Virus record (IMG/VR): IMGVR_UViG_3300034102_001514
Coordinates: 61,806 to 125,805 of that record
DNA length: 64,000 nt
DNA from: a virus
Strand: one strand, 5' to 3'
Below, one piece after another: positions 1 through 9,267 of the stretch. The position numbers were made by a program, and so were the translations under genes. The notes under the pieces were generated by a model. The model was not told where the DNA came from and did no database searches. It saw only the letters and a list, made by a program, of their open reading frames with translations. Positions within the stretch are counted from its first letter, which is position 1, and each line of letters opens with the position of its first letter.

Positions 1-633
1 TCGCTCTTCTCTACTCAACTTTCTTGTATAAACTTGAAATCCATAATGACATGGTGGTAAAGTCATTTTATCCAACTCCCCCACATTCCAAGCTGATACC
101 ATTAACCTTCTACTATCAGGATTTGTTTTAAGTTCGTTGATTAGATTTTGGATTTGGTCTGTGTTAGAGTTTAATCCTTCCCAACTTCTCCATTGTGCAC
201 CATAGATTGGACCTAATTCTCCCCACTGTTTAGCAAACTCATCATCGGTTTTGATTCGTTCCGTGAATTCATCCATTGTCAAGTTTGATAACATATGAAG
301 CTGTTCAAGATAATTTTTACCACCACTTTCTCTGCTTTCAATCTCATATGTTTTCATGTAGTGCTTATAAGCGTCACCGGTCCATATATTGCAACCATTC
401 TGAACCAAATACTTGATATTGGTATCACCACGAAGAAACCACAACAATTCGGTTACGATTGTTTTGAATGGCATTTTCTTTGTGGTTAGTAAAGGAAACC
501 CATCCTCCATTCGGTGTTTGATTTGTCTACCAAATACTGATAGAGTTCCGGTGCCGGTTCGGTCCGTTTTTTCTATACCATTATACAAGCAACTACCAAG
601 TAGTCCTTTATAATCTTCATCTAATTGATTCAT
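1..633 (-). CDS. thyA: thymidylate synthase ThyA (3' end truncated by window edge)
   Basis: Not in the ORF track. Manual translation from ATG at 633 gives MNQLDEDY...[14 protein letters not shown]...FPLLTTKK...[11 protein letters not shown]...[10 protein letters not shown]...[13 protein letters not shown]...LPPCH, all canonical ThyA motifs. Confidence 0.96.
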   Translation of the reverse strand, partial: MNQLDEDYKGLLGSCLYNGIEKTDRTGTGTLSVFGRQIKHRMEDGFPLLTTKKMPFKTIVTELLWFLRGDTNIKYLVQNGCNIWTGDAYKHYMKTYEIESRESGGKNYLEQLHMLSNLTMDEFTERIKTDDEFAKQWGELGPIYGAQWRSWEGLNSNTDQIQNLINELKTNPDSRRLMVSAWNVGELDKMTLPPCHYGFQVYTRKLSREER

Positions 634-995
634 TATTCAAATGTTTGAATTTTTGCGTCTACTTCTTTTAATTCTGACCAAGTTCCAAGATATGTGATTG
701 CTCTAACCTTACGATTGTCAATCCACACATATTCTTGCCCATCCGTGATTCTGGGTTTATCCATCACCAATCCGTGATATTTAAATCCGTGATTTTTTAA
801 CCACCATTCAGTTACGGTTTTATCTTTGGATTCTCTCGCGGTAAAAAAGGTTATAATGTTTCCTTCATCATACCATTTGTTGATAATCCTCAAAGCGTCT
901 GGATAAACTGCTGTGGTAGCAAACAAATGACTATCCTCGTTTTTGATGTCATCGCAGATGGTTCCATCAATATCAATTAAAAATACTTTACTCAT
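633..995 (-). CDS. small HAD-superfamily phosphatase-like protein
   Basis: IDIDGTI motif I, FFTAR motif II and LVMDKP. Likely start MSKVFLID at 995. Confidence 0.8.
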   Translation of the reverse strand: MSKVFLIDIDGTICDDIKNEDSHLFATTAVYPDALRIINKWYDEGNIITFFTARESKDKTVTEWWLKNHGFKYHGLVMDKPRITDGQEYVWIDNRKVRAITYLGTWSELKEVDAKIQTFE

Positions 996-1666
996 TGTTC
1001 TTCGTTCCAATCTTCATCATTCTCTAAACCATCCATCAAAGTTGTATCCCAATCACGAAGTGCATCAAGTTCATCTTCCGTGTAAATATCGGTTCCTTCA
1101 TTATCAAAGTAGTCAGCTTCGTTGACTATCAATTTACATTGTTCCAATAGTTCATCTTTAATATCACCAATCTCTTCCCACATAGTTTCAAGAGCTTCAA
1201 GATATTCATCCTCGGTTTCAAAATCTTCTTCTTGTGGCCATTTATACGAACTTTCCTCAATATGAGAACCATCCTTTGAAATATACATAGCACCAATTGG
1301 TTCAAGTGATTCATCTTCGTAAGTGATAGAAAAATCACACTCTTCATCCGTTTCACTACAAACTGAATACATTTTTTCAACAAGTGATTCTGGAAATGAC
1401 CATGCTGAAGTCATAGTGATTTGCATTTCAGTATCACTAACCACATCCCATTCGTTGATGTGACACCATTTTGCACCAACATTCTCTATCATCCACTCGT
1501 AAGTGTTTTGATATTGATTTTCATAAAACAAACGTGCGGTTTGTTCAGTATTCATTTCTTCAGATGGATTGTCTTGTAAATCTACCGATGATAGTTTTTT
1601 ATCCAATGAAGTAATTAAGTCAGAATTGCCTGAAATAAAGATAAGTGTAGTAACGTGGTTTGCCAT
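992..1666 (-). CDS. acidic hypothetical phage protein (DUF1281-like)
   Basis: YEWMIENVGAKW and MTSAWSFP resemble the DUF1281/ferredoxin-like phage family. Very acidic C-terminus. Confidence 0.55.
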   Translation of the reverse strand: MANHVTTLIFISGNSDLITSLDKKLSSVDLQDNPSEEMNTEQTARLFYENQYQNTYEWMIENVGAKWCHINEWDVVSDTEMQITMTSAWSFPESLVEKMYSVCSETDEECDFSITYEDESLEPIGAMYISKDGSHIEESSYKWPQEEDFETEDEYLEALETMWEEIGDIKDELLEQCKLIVNEADYFDNEGTDIYTEDELDALRDWDTTLMDGLENDEDWNEEQ

Positions 1667-1747
1667 TTTTAATCCTTGTTAATTGAACTTGTGGTTTCGG
1701 TGGGATACTCATCCCAATAAATGAAAATTTGGTCGTTAGTCATATTG

Positions 1748-1778
1748 TAAATATACGAAATTAATTTGAATTATCAAA
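1748..1778 (-). promoter_or_regulatory. Bacteroidetes-type sigma70 promoter
   Basis: Minus strand TTTG-N19-TATATTTA. Confidence 0.65.
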
Positions 1779-2438
1779 GTTTTTTCCGGGCTCGCCTATT
1801 AATTTTATTTCTTTTGGCGTTTCGGGTTTTAAATCATTTGGATAGTCATCAACTTTTACTTTTAAATTTGTTTGTTGTTCTACTATCTTAATAATAGTTT
1901 TTTTTGTATTTAAATCACCAGAACCCCAACCCCAAGCCAAAGTGTTTTTCATTCTTTGTATTTCAGACTCAATATGTTCTATACTCTTGGTTATAAGTTG
2001 TATTTCATCTTCACCCATCTCAAATTCAACATTACACTCTTCTGCAATAGAAATCAAATCAGCAAATTCACCATTTTCAAAGTGAGATTTTACTTTTAAG
2101 AATATTTCATCATCACCCCCATTTACATCGGGATGTGTTATAGATGATAGTTTTTTATACAAAGATTTGAGGCGTTTAGACTTAACCTTTAAGTTTTTAC
2201 GCTTTTGGGCTAAATTTAAACGCTTTTTCTCAAATTCTTTCTCCAATTCTTCAAAATCTGGAGCTTCTTCCGGTTCTTTAGATTTTTTTTGTAAATTTAA
2301 ACGAGCACTTTCATCATAATATTTTTTGAAATGTTTTTCAAAATCTAAAATGTAGTTCGTGAGCTCAATACGAACATCTTCTTCCTCCATTTTGAGGTAT
2401 TCGTATTTCATTTTTAACTTTTTACGATTTCGGGTCAC
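1761..2438 (-). CDS. J-domain (DnaJ-like) coiled-coil protein
   Basis: LYKKLSSITHPDVNGGDDEIFLKVK contains the J-domain HPD motif. Adjacent to groEL. Confidence 0.75.
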   Translation of the reverse strand: MTRNRKKLKMKYEYLKMEEEDVRIELTNYILDFEKHFKKYYDESARLNLQKKSKEPEEAPDFEELEKEFEKKRLNLAQKRKNLKVKSKRLKSLYKKLSSITHPDVNGGDDEIFLKVKSHFENGEFADLISIAEECNVEFEMGEDEIQLITKSIEHIESEIQRMKNTLAWGWGSGDLNTKKTIIKIVEQQTNLKVKVDDYPNDLKPETPKEIKLIGEPGKNFDNSN

Positions 2439-4020
2439 TTTCTTTCTCCGCCGGCTCTTCTACAATCATACATTCAGTAGTAAGTAGTGTTCCAGCGACT
2501 GAAACTGCTTTTTCAATAGCAATACGAGTCACTTTTGTTGGGTCAATGATACCCTTTTCAATCATATTGACAAGGTGTTCACTAACTACATCGTAACCCA
2601 TAGAAGTGTCTGAAGCGTAATTTGCGTCTAACAATCCGAACACTTTGTGGTGGTCAAGCCCTGCGTTCTTTAGAATTGCTTCCATTGGAGATTTACAAGC
2701 CTTCATCACAATTGCGTATCCCAATTGTTCATCACCTTTTGGTTGGTTAATGTTTTTGGAACAATGATACAAAGCAGCACCACCACCCGCGACAATACCC
2801 TCTTCCAAAGCAGCTTTAGTTGCAAGGAGTGCGTCATCAAATAGGTCTTTCTTTTCTTTCATCTCAACCTCTGATTGAGCACCCACTCGGATTACAGCCA
2901 CACCACCACTCAATTTAGATAAACGCTTGTGGAGTTTCTCTTTTTCAAAGTCTGATTTTTGTTCTGAAATTTCATTTTTGATTTGGTCAATGCGAAGTTT
3001 CAAAGCATCCGCGTTTCCGTGACCACCAATCAAAGTAGTTTCTTTTTTGTTAGACACCACTTTATCACAAGAACCCAAATCTTCCAAAGTTGCGTCTTCC
3101 AACTCAGCGTCAATAGTTCCAAACATCTTACCACCCAATAGAGCAGCCATATCACGCAGGATTTCAGTTCGTTCACTACCAAAGCCAGGAGCTTTTACAG
3201 CAAGGGCCCGTAAGGTTCCACGAACGGAGTTTACAACCATTGTTGCCAGAGCTTCACCTTCTACATCGTGAGCTACAACCAAAATTGGTTTACTTTGAGT
3301 TGATACTGCTTCAAGGATGTGAATGATTTGGTCCATTGTAGAAATCTTACCATCATACAACAATACAACTGGCTCATCAATAACACAATTAAGTTTTGTT
3401 TGGTTGTTGATAAAGTAATGAGATAGGTATCCATTATCAAACTGAAGTCCTTCTACGATTTCAAGTTCATCCTCATTTGAGTTTCCCTCTTCAACTGTAA
3501 TTACACCATCACGACCAACTTCTTTAACTGCGTCAGCAATCATACCACCAATCACCGAATCACCATTTGCAGAAATGGTTGCAACTTGTTTTACTTGTTC
3601 GTTATCTTCAACTTTGATTGAGATTTCTTGAGTTAACATTTTGGTAATTTCAGCCACAGCAATTCCCATACCTCTACGAAGTAGAATTGGATTAGCACCC
3701 ATCTCAACCACATCCATACCCTGGTTGAAGATTGATTGAGCCAATACAGTAGATGTAGTGGTTCCATCACCGGCGTGGTCTGCGGTTTGTTGGGCGGTTT
3801 CTTTAATAACCTGCGCCCCCAAGTTTTTAGCTGCATTACTAAACTCAATAGATTTAGCCACCGTAACACCATCTTTTGTGATGTGAGGTGCGCCGTCTTT
3901 TTGAATGATTACATTACGACCACGAGGTCCAAGTGTTACCTTAACCGCATTGGCTAATTCGTTTACACCTTCCAAGAGCTTTTCTCTTGATTGTTTTCCG
4001 TGAAATACTTGCTTTCCCAT
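2422..4020 (-). CDS. groEL: chaperonin GroEL
   Basis: VKVTLGPRGRNV, ITKDGVTVAK, AGDGTTT, KAPGFG and GIIDPTKV motifs. Lacks the GGM tail. Confidence 0.98.
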   Translation of the reverse strand: MGKQVFHGKQSREKLLEGVNELANAVKVTLGPRGRNVIIQKDGAPHITKDGVTVAKSIEFSNAAKNLGAQVIKETAQQTADHAGDGTTTSTVLAQSIFNQGMDVVEMGANPILLRRGMGIAVAEITKMLTQEISIKVEDNEQVKQVATISANGDSVIGGMIADAVKEVGRDGVITVEEGNSNEDELEIVEGLQFDNGYLSHYFINNQTKLNCVIDEPVVLLYDGKISTMDQIIHILEAVSTQSKPILVVAHDVEGEALATMVVNSVRGTLRALAVKAPGFGSERTEILRDMAALLGGKMFGTIDAELEDATLEDLGSCDKVVSNKKETTLIGGHGNADALKLRIDQIKNEISEQKSDFEKEKLHKRLSKLSGGVAVIRVGAQSEVEMKEKKDLFDDALLATKAALEEGIVAGGGAALYHCSKNINQPKGDEQLGYAIVMKACKSPMEAILKNAGLDHHKVFGLLDANYASDTSMGYDVVSEHLVNMIEKGIIDPTKVTRIAIEKAVSVAGTLLTTECMIVEEPAEKESDPKS

Positions 4021-4023
4021 AAA

Positions 4024-4632
4024 TTATTCTTGTTCTTTTTGTTGTTGATTATAAAGTTCTTTTGCTTTTTCAATTTGTTCTACTCGCCATTCAGGTTGTC
4101 TACCACGAAGGTTTCCACGAAGATTGTGGAAACAATTATAACATAAAAATCTAATGTTATCCTTTTTGTGATTATGCCAATTGTCATCCATATGGTCAAG
4201 AATCAAAGGGATAGTTCCATCCGATAGTCGTTTTTCATCGTATCCACAATTATGACATTCTGCTGGAAAATCTTTTATTTTACCGGCATTACTAATCAGT
4301 CTTCGTTTAAGTAGGTAAACGGAATAGTCGGGGTATTTTCCTTCCAACACAGCCGTTAATGCGTATTTACCCTTATCTACATTATAAGGTTTAGTTACGC
4401 CAGTTCCTTTTTGGTTTTTATGTAAGTCCCACAAGGATTTGCCTGTGGTCTCATCAATATACATTTTAGAGTATTTTTCAAAGGTGGTCAATGATATATT
4501 TAAAAATCTTGCAGCACCACTATTACTCTTGGAGTTTTTCATCGCATAACGAATCTGAGCCTCCGTGAGGTTTAATGGAGTCCTACCAACTCCTAAAACA
4601 TAACCATTGGGCATTTTGTCACCCCTTTGCAT
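4024..4632 (-). CDS. HTH + Zn-binding HNH endonuclease-like protein
   Basis: N-terminal HTH-like SNSGAARFLNISLTTFEKY. C-terminal CHNC...LILDHMDDNWHNHKKDNIRFLCYNC. Confidence 0.7.
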   Translation of the reverse strand: MQRGDKMPNGYVLGVGRTPLNLTEAQIRYAMKNSKSNSGAARFLNISLTTFEKYSKMYIDETTGKSLWDLHKNQKGTGVTKPYNVDKGKYALTAVLEGKYPDYSVYLLKRRLISNAGKIKDFPAECHNCGYDEKRLSDGTIPLILDHMDDNWHNHKKDNIRFLCYNCFHNLRGNLRGRQPEWRVEQIEKAKELYNQQQKEQE

Positions 4633-4648
4633 AACACTCCATTTTTAT

Positions 4649-4656
4649 ATAAGTAG
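4649..4656 (-). promoter_or_regulatory. putative phage late-type promoter motif (CTACTTAT)
   Basis: Variant of the recurrent minus-strand (A/C)TA(T/C/G)TTAT motif, found shortly upstream of gene starts. Confidence 0.4.
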
Positions 4657-4661
4657 TTAAC

Positions 4662-4871
4662 TCAATAGTTTTCGTAGATAGTTTCCAAAAATTGAAGGTC
4701 TTCAACTCGTAAAAGTTTACCACTCCCAACTCTATTTTTTAACTTATCTATTGTTTTTTTGTCATTATATGACTCAACGCCCTTTAAATGTTTTGGGTTT
4801 TTGAATATATACTTTTCAACATCCAAAACAAACAAAAGGTGTTTACGAAGTTCACGATTTACTAAATCCAT
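4662..4871 (-). CDS. hypothetical protein
   Basis: Fits the packed minus-strand gene array. Confidence 0.65.
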   Translation of the reverse strand: MDLVNRELRKHLLFVLDVEKYIFKNPKHLKGVESYNDKKTIDKLKNRVGSGKLLRVEDLQFLETIYENY

Positions 4872-4873
4872 AT

Positions 4874-4978
4874 CTAATCTTCAGAATCTTCGTAGTCACT
4901 GTAGATTGGATTGTTTTTTAAATACTCGGTATACTGATAATCATCATCTACCCAATCTTCAAATTCTTCACCGGTCAT
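4874..4978 (-). CDS. 34-aa acidic hypothetical peptide
   Basis: Manual translation MTGEEFEDWVDDDYQYTEYLKNNPIYSDYEDSED. ATG overlaps the groES stop and the ORF fills the gap. Confidence 0.5.
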   Translation of the reverse strand: MTGEEFEDWVDDDYQYTEYLKNNPIYSDYEDSED

Positions 4979-5259
4979 TGCTCAATACGAATTAAGATTT
5001 CACTTTCACGAACCATTACATATTTCTCCCCATCCAAACGAACCTCGCTGCCAGGAATATCCAAGATTACTTTATCACCCACTTTCAATCTCATCTCAAT
5101 AAGATTTCCGTTTTGGGTAAAAATGCCAGGACCAACAGCCACAACTTCTGCGAATTGAGCTTGTTTAGCACTATCTGGTTTGTAAAGACCACCTTTGGTC
5201 TTTTCTTCTACTTTTGTTTTTTTAAGTAGAACATAATCATTTAGAGGTTGATATTTCAT
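4975..5259 (-). CDS. groES: co-chaperonin GroES
   Basis: PLNDYVLLK, EEKTKGGLY, AEVVAVGPG, KVGDKV and RESEIL motifs. Confidence 0.96.
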   Translation of the reverse strand: MKYQPLNDYVLLKKTKVEEKTKGGLYKPDSAKQAQFAEVVAVGPGIFTQNGNLIEMRLKVGDKVILDIPGSEVRLDGEKYVMVRESEILIRIEQ

Positions 5260-5262
5260 AAC

Positions 5263-5463
5263 TTATTCTCCTTTAATAGTTTTATATAGTTGATAAGAAA
5301 AAAACCAAATAAAGAAAACATTGATACCAAGATGGACAAAATCCCAATTGGTTACAATTTCTTGTCTGGTTAACAATACGACTTTAGCTCCCGTAAGAAA
5401 CGAGAACATAATAGTCATAAACAATTCAAAGTATTTTTTCATAGTTAATAATTTATAATACAA
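5263..5463 (-). CDS. small membrane protein (2 hydrophobic segments)
   Basis: Two predicted TM helices. The true start is probably the downstream MKKYFELF. Confidence 0.6.
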   Translation of the reverse strand: MYYKLLTMKKYFELFMTIMFSFLTGAKVVLLTRQEIVTNWDFVHLGINVFFIWFFSYQLYKTIKGE

Positions 5464-5492
5464 ATATACAAAAAATATTCCAAACTACCAAA
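5461..5492 (-). promoter_or_regulatory. Bacteroidetes-type sigma70 promoter
   Basis: Minus strand TTTG-N20-TATATTTG. Confidence 0.7.
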
Positions 5493-5928
5493 AGTTTTCA
5501 TCTAAAAATTCTTTTTGTTTGTTAATTTGGATATCCAATTCAGAACGCTCGTTATTAGATAAGCGCTTGGGTTGTGTTTCTGAAACGACATTAGTCCTTG
5601 TTTTGTAGGATTGGATTCGTTCGGTTGCAAGTGTTTTTTCACCATCGGTTATATTTTCGGTTAAAATTGTTGATACATAGCAATATGGGTCGGTGGGGTC
5701 ATCTACCTCAAGGTCATAATAAATACAGGCCTGTTTTGATACTGAACGAATTGTGTATGATGCGAATCCTTCACGATTCATTTTCAATTCAGAAATAAAT
5801 CCTATTTCTCGTTCACCAATCCATTTTAATACCACGATGTCCCACAATTTGTATTTGTGTTTTTTCAGGCGGTATTTACCTTTATTTACATTCTTTACCT
5901 TTGGTAAAGTATCAGTATTTGTCTTCAC
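5485..5928 (-). CDS. hypothetical protein
   Basis: Open frame overlapping the upstream gene end. No recognised motif. Confidence 0.65.
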   Translation of the reverse strand: MKTNTDTLPKVKNVNKGKYRLKKHKYKLWDIVVLKWIGEREIGFISELKMNREGFASYTIRSVSKQACIYYDLEVDDPTDPYCYVSTILTENITDGEKTLATERIQSYKTRTNVVSETQPKRLSNNERSELDIQINKQKEFLDENFW

Positions 5929-6652
5929 CCTCTGAATCGTGTCTACAAGTTAATGCGTTGATGTATGTTCCGGTGTATCCGTTTTGTGGAATAAATCTAC
6001 CCAATCTATCCCAAAAGTCAGCGTCAGTTGGAACCAGTTTACCATCTTCATCCCAAACATCTCTATAACGAAATGGGATTCGTTTCATACTCATAGCCAC
6101 AGCAGAATGAATTACATTATAACCCCTTGGTAAATGATATACCACATCCCACCCATTGGTTTCTACAATCGGCATAATATCGTTTGGACCAAAGGTGGCT
6201 TGTGTTGTTATCCAAATACACTGGTGTCCATATTGTTCTATCACATTGTTTATAAATTGGAGATGGGTTGGTTCCCAAAAATCATCGTGGTCTAAATGTG
6301 CTACCCAATCATATCCGTTGTGAAGTGCAAGTTCAATTCCAATATTCATTGGAGTTCTACCACTATTACACCATAATACTCGGTCAGTATCAAAGTCAAG
6401 ATTTTCTGAATCTACTCCTTTGTATTTTAGTCTATCGTAAGACTCGGGAAGATTTACTGCATAGATTTTATCTTGTGGATATTGTGATATAATCTCATTA
6501 AATTCAGTATTGTCTTCGTAATTATCACCAACAATAAAAATTCTAAAATCTTGATGGGTTTGATTAAATACACTATCTAAAGCACGCTTCAATAGTTCTG
6601 GCGTTTTACCATCTTTTCGTTGGTATGTAGCTATGGTTACTGCAAATTTCAT
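5912..6652 (-). CDS. glycosyltransferase family 2
   Basis: VTIATYQR, ALDSVFNQT, IVGD and LDHDDFW (DxD) motifs. Confidence 0.9.
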   Translation of the reverse strand: MKFAVTIATYQRKDGKTPELLKRALDSVFNQTHQDFRIFIVGDNYEDNTEFNEIISQYPQDKIYAVNLPESYDRLKYKGVDSENLDFDTDRVLWCNSGRTPMNIGIELALHNGYDWVAHLDHDDFWEPTHLQFINNVIEQYGHQCIWITTQATFGPNDIMPIVETNGWDVVYHLPRGYNVIHSAVAMSMKRIPFRYRDVWDEDGKLVPTDADFWDRLGRFIPQNGYTGTYINALTCRHDSEGEDKY

Positions 6653-7314
6653 TTTGATAGTTCTACTTTTATATAAATTTTATTTCCATCCTCATCATAA
6701 AAGTATGCGTTTTTGTAATCACCATAAGTCAGAGCCCTTAACTTATTGATGTGACCCTCAAAGGTATCAACATCCCAAAGATTGATTTCACATAACTCTT
6801 TGAAATCTTTTTTGTAATTTATGTTTCCCTCACTATGTGGTTTAGTTTTCGTGTAAGTTCCGTAAATAATCTCATCAAAGTGGGATTCAAACAATTCCAT
6901 TTCAACTTTCATTATCCGCTCGTGAAGCTCTTTTGAGTCTTCATACATATACATATGAACTTCCCTTTGAACTATAATATCACCATTATCAATTTTTTCA
7001 TCAATTTCGTGGATTGTTGCGCCCGTGGGTAATCCATTTGTGATTGAAAATATATGAGGATACATACCCCTATTGTATGGATTCAGACCAGGATGAATAT
7101 TGACAATTCGTGTTGATTCTACTAACTTTTTATCAAATATCTTTTTACAATGTGCTGATATAATCAAATCATATTGACCAATCAAAGCCCACGAATCTTC
7201 ATACAAATCGGAAGATTCAATTACTATTGGAAAGTTTTTACTATCAAATATTTTTTTGATTTCTACACCAATCCAATCATTATCACATAGAACTAAAACA
7301 TTAGGAATTCTCAT
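6649..7314 (-). CDS. sugar N-formyltransferase (dTDP-4-amino-4,6-dideoxyglucose formyltransferase-like)
   Basis: VNIHPGLNPYNRGMYP, GATIHEIDEKIDNGDII and LRALT...YKNAYF. Confidence 0.88.
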   Translation of the reverse strand: MRIPNVLVLCDNDWIGVEIKKIFDSKNFPIVIESSDLYEDSWALIGQYDLIISAHCKKIFDKKLVESTRIVNIHPGLNPYNRGMYPHIFSITNGLPTGATIHEIDEKIDNGDIIVQREVHMYMYEDSKELHERIMKVEMELFESHFDEIIYGTYTKTKPHSEGNINYKKDFKELCEINLWDVDTFEGHINKLRALTYGDYKNAYFYDEDGNKIYIKVELSK

Positions 7315-7952
7315 TGGTTATATATCTCAAATTTACTTAAATCAGGATATGGTAATTCCAAATCCTCTTGATGTTTCTTTTCACCGGATGGTGTATAAAA
7401 CTGATTCATTAATAAAATACCACGAGCCGCAAGTTCCGGCATCATATAAAAATTCCAACCCAACATATCAAAGTGGTCATCGTGATAAGAACATTCCCTA
7501 CGACCACTAAATCTGGCTCTTTTAAACCACAAGTATGCGTGTAGGTCATCGGTCAAAATAGCACCACCCTTGGATAGTTTAAAGTGTTTGTAAGGTCCTG
7601 TAAAAGATAGACACATATGTGTATTTGGAATATACATATCTGCTGTAAATCTTAAAGCTGAATCCCAAACATTAGAACCTTCAAGTTGGTATGCTCCTTT
7701 TATTGTTTTACCATCAACGGATTTCCAACCAATCTTTAATCCTGCGTGAATAATCTCACACGGAACGGATGGATATGTTCGTGATGGTATGGTAATAATA
7801 TCAGATGTATTATTTTTTACTATGTGTTCATAGTATAGGGCAAGAAATAATGCGTTTGACTGATTATCCACGCAAACAACATAATTTGCACCGGTATAAT
7901 CAGCCAGCATTTTTTCAAAGTCTTCCGTAATTTTGTGAACTCCGTTAGCCAT
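7311..7952 (-). CDS. short DegT/DnrJ/EryC1/StrS-family aminotransferase
   Basis: FEKMLADYTG, ALFLAL, WDSA and CLSFTGPYKHFKLSKGGAILTDD (PLP Lys region). Confidence 0.85.
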   Translation of the reverse strand: MANGVHKITEDFEKMLADYTGANYVVCVDNQSNALFLALYYEHIVKNNTSDIITIPSRTYPSVPCEIIHAGLKIGWKSVDGKTIKGAYQLEGSNVWDSALRFTADMYIPNTHMCLSFTGPYKHFKLSKGGAILTDDLHAYLWFKRARFSGRRECSYHDDHFDMLGWNFYMMPELAARGILLMNQFYTPSGEKKHQEDLELPYPDLSKFEIYNQ

Positions 7953-7961
7953 TCATATTCC

Positions 7962-8315
7962 TTAAAAGTATCCGTTAAAACCACCATTTTTTTCAACCTC
8001 AACGGCTGTAGCTCTTTTGTCGGTGCCGTTTTTATTACCACTCTTGTTGTTGATTAGGATTCGTTCTGCACGACCAATACCCATCACCAATTGGTGGAAA
8101 GGGATTCCCAACAAGTCCATCTCTTGGATGGTCAAGTTTCGGAGATATTCTGGTCGTGCGGTAGTCAATACAATGTGGTGACCTTCTTTGAACCATTTAG
8201 TCATTGTTTCTACAACACCGGGCAGAGCACGGCTGGTGAAAGGGTCAATTTCTTCAAATAGAACTTGGTGGACAAGCGTCCCATCAATATCGCTGAAAAT
8301 AGTTTTGTTACTCAT
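7962..8315 (-). CDS. small HAD-superfamily protein
   Basis: FSDIDGTL, LTTAR and QLVMG. Likely start MSNKTIF. Confidence 0.8.
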   Translation of the reverse strand: MSNKTIFSDIDGTLVHQVLFEEIDPFTSRALPGVVETMTKWFKEGHHIVLTTARPEYLRNLTIQEMDLLGIPFHQLVMGIGRAERILINNKSGNKNGTDKRATAVEVEKNGGFNGYF

Positions 8316-8333
8316 ATCTTTATCACTTACATA

Positions 8334-8388
8334 CAAATATACAACATAGTTGGTTATCCGCCAAATTTGTATGTTAAATTTTTGTTAA
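8334..8388 (-). promoter_or_regulatory. sigma70 promoter with upstream TTAACA-N5-TTAACA box
   Basis: TTTG-N20-TATATTTG. Plus-strand TGTTAA at 8372-8377 and 8383-8388. Confidence 0.7.
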
Positions 8389-8490
8389 TATTATGGAACC
8401 AATCGGTTAAGAGCACGCTCCATAGCGGGCTTGTTAGCGTAATGAACATTTTGGATTTTTAACATCCATTCAATAAAGCCGAGTCGTTCG

Positions 8491-8673
8491 TTAGATGGTA
8501 AGGTGGGTGAGTTTTTCATTTAATCGTTTCATATGTTTACAAGGAGTGTGTCTGCGGAATTCGCGGGCGGGACATTTACAATCCACAATTTTCCAATCTT
8601 CTACTGTGACTCGGTAATACTTTAAATTACCTTTCTTGTCACGAGAACCCATTTCTTTATACTGCCATTTCAT
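8491..8673 (-). CDS. SWIM-type zinc-finger protein
   Basis: YRVTV...DCKCPAREFRRHTPCKH (CxC...CxH). Start uncertain. Confidence 0.7.
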   Translation of the reverse strand: MKWQYKEMGSRDKKGNLKYYRVTVEDWKIVDCKCPAREFRRHTPCKHMKRLNEKLTHLTI

Positions 8674-8971
8674 AGACTTTCGTAATTTCTTGTTCCAAAC
8701 CTTTAACCACAAATGGTTCTGAAAATACCATTTCATGGTCAATATACTCAAAGCGCTCACCAATGGTGTTTTGCTTTTCTACAAGGTTTTTAATCGCTTG
8801 AATCACAACCTCGGTATCAGCGTAGAACATTGTATCCGAATCAATCGGCATTACAAAATCAAAACCACCCTTGGGTTTCCAATGTGGGGTTTCACCAAAC
8901 CCATCGGGCCCAATATTATAGTTTTCAAAATACTGACAGTGAACAATTACTTTAGCTTCGTTATAATTCAT
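8657..8971 (-). CDS. hypothetical phage protein
   Basis: CQYFENY...PHWKPKGG looks like a conserved phage motif. Likely start MNYNEAK. Confidence 0.7.
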   Translation of the reverse strand: MNYNEAKVIVHCQYFENYNIGPDGFGETPHWKPKGGFDFVMPIDSDTMFYADTEVVIQAIKNLVEKQNTIGERFEYIDHEMVFSEPFVVKGLEQEITKVYEMAV

Positions 8972-8975
8972 ATTT

Positions 8976-9188
8976 TTAAAATTTGAGGGGTTTTTTATCA
9001 ATTTTAGAAAGAATGTAACCCAATCCTAAAAGAAAGATGAATACACCTGATGCGTGAATTGGATATTTAAATATTAATAACAATCCAAGGAAAAATCCGT
9101 GAATGATACCAAAAAAAGCGAGAACTAATAATGATATCAGAAGAAGTCCAATTCCTAGCTTGATTAATTTTTTAGAAAACTTATTCAT
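8976..9188 (-). CDS. small membrane protein
   Basis: Two long hydrophobic stretches. Lies directly downstream of a promoter. Confidence 0.65.
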   Translation of the reverse strand: MNKFSKKLIKLGIGLLLISLLVLAFFGIIHGFFLGLLLIFKYPIHASGVFIFLLGLGYILSKIDKKPLKF

Positions 9189-9212
9189 GTTGTATTAATT
9201 GTTATTACTATA

Positions 9213-9267
9213 TAAAGATAATCATTTTTTTTGAACTGGCAAACTTTTAATGTTAAGAAATTGTTAA
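9213..9267 (-). promoter_or_regulatory. sigma70 promoter with upstream TTAACA-N5-TTAACA box
   Basis: TTTG-N19-TATCTTTA. Plus-strand TGTTAA at 9251-9256 and 9262-9267. Confidence 0.7.

Noticed and set aside
1-633. ThyA as a dCMP/dUMP hydroxymethylase explaining the DNA-modification genes
   Set aside because: The visible motifs are those of canonical ThyA. The specificity-determining C-terminal residues lie outside the window, so this cannot be supported.
8391-8468. 25-aa minus-strand ORF MDVKIQNVHYANKPAMERALNRLVP and a similar 24-aa ORF at about 1669-1743
   Set aside because: They plausibly fill gaps but are too short to support without conservation data.
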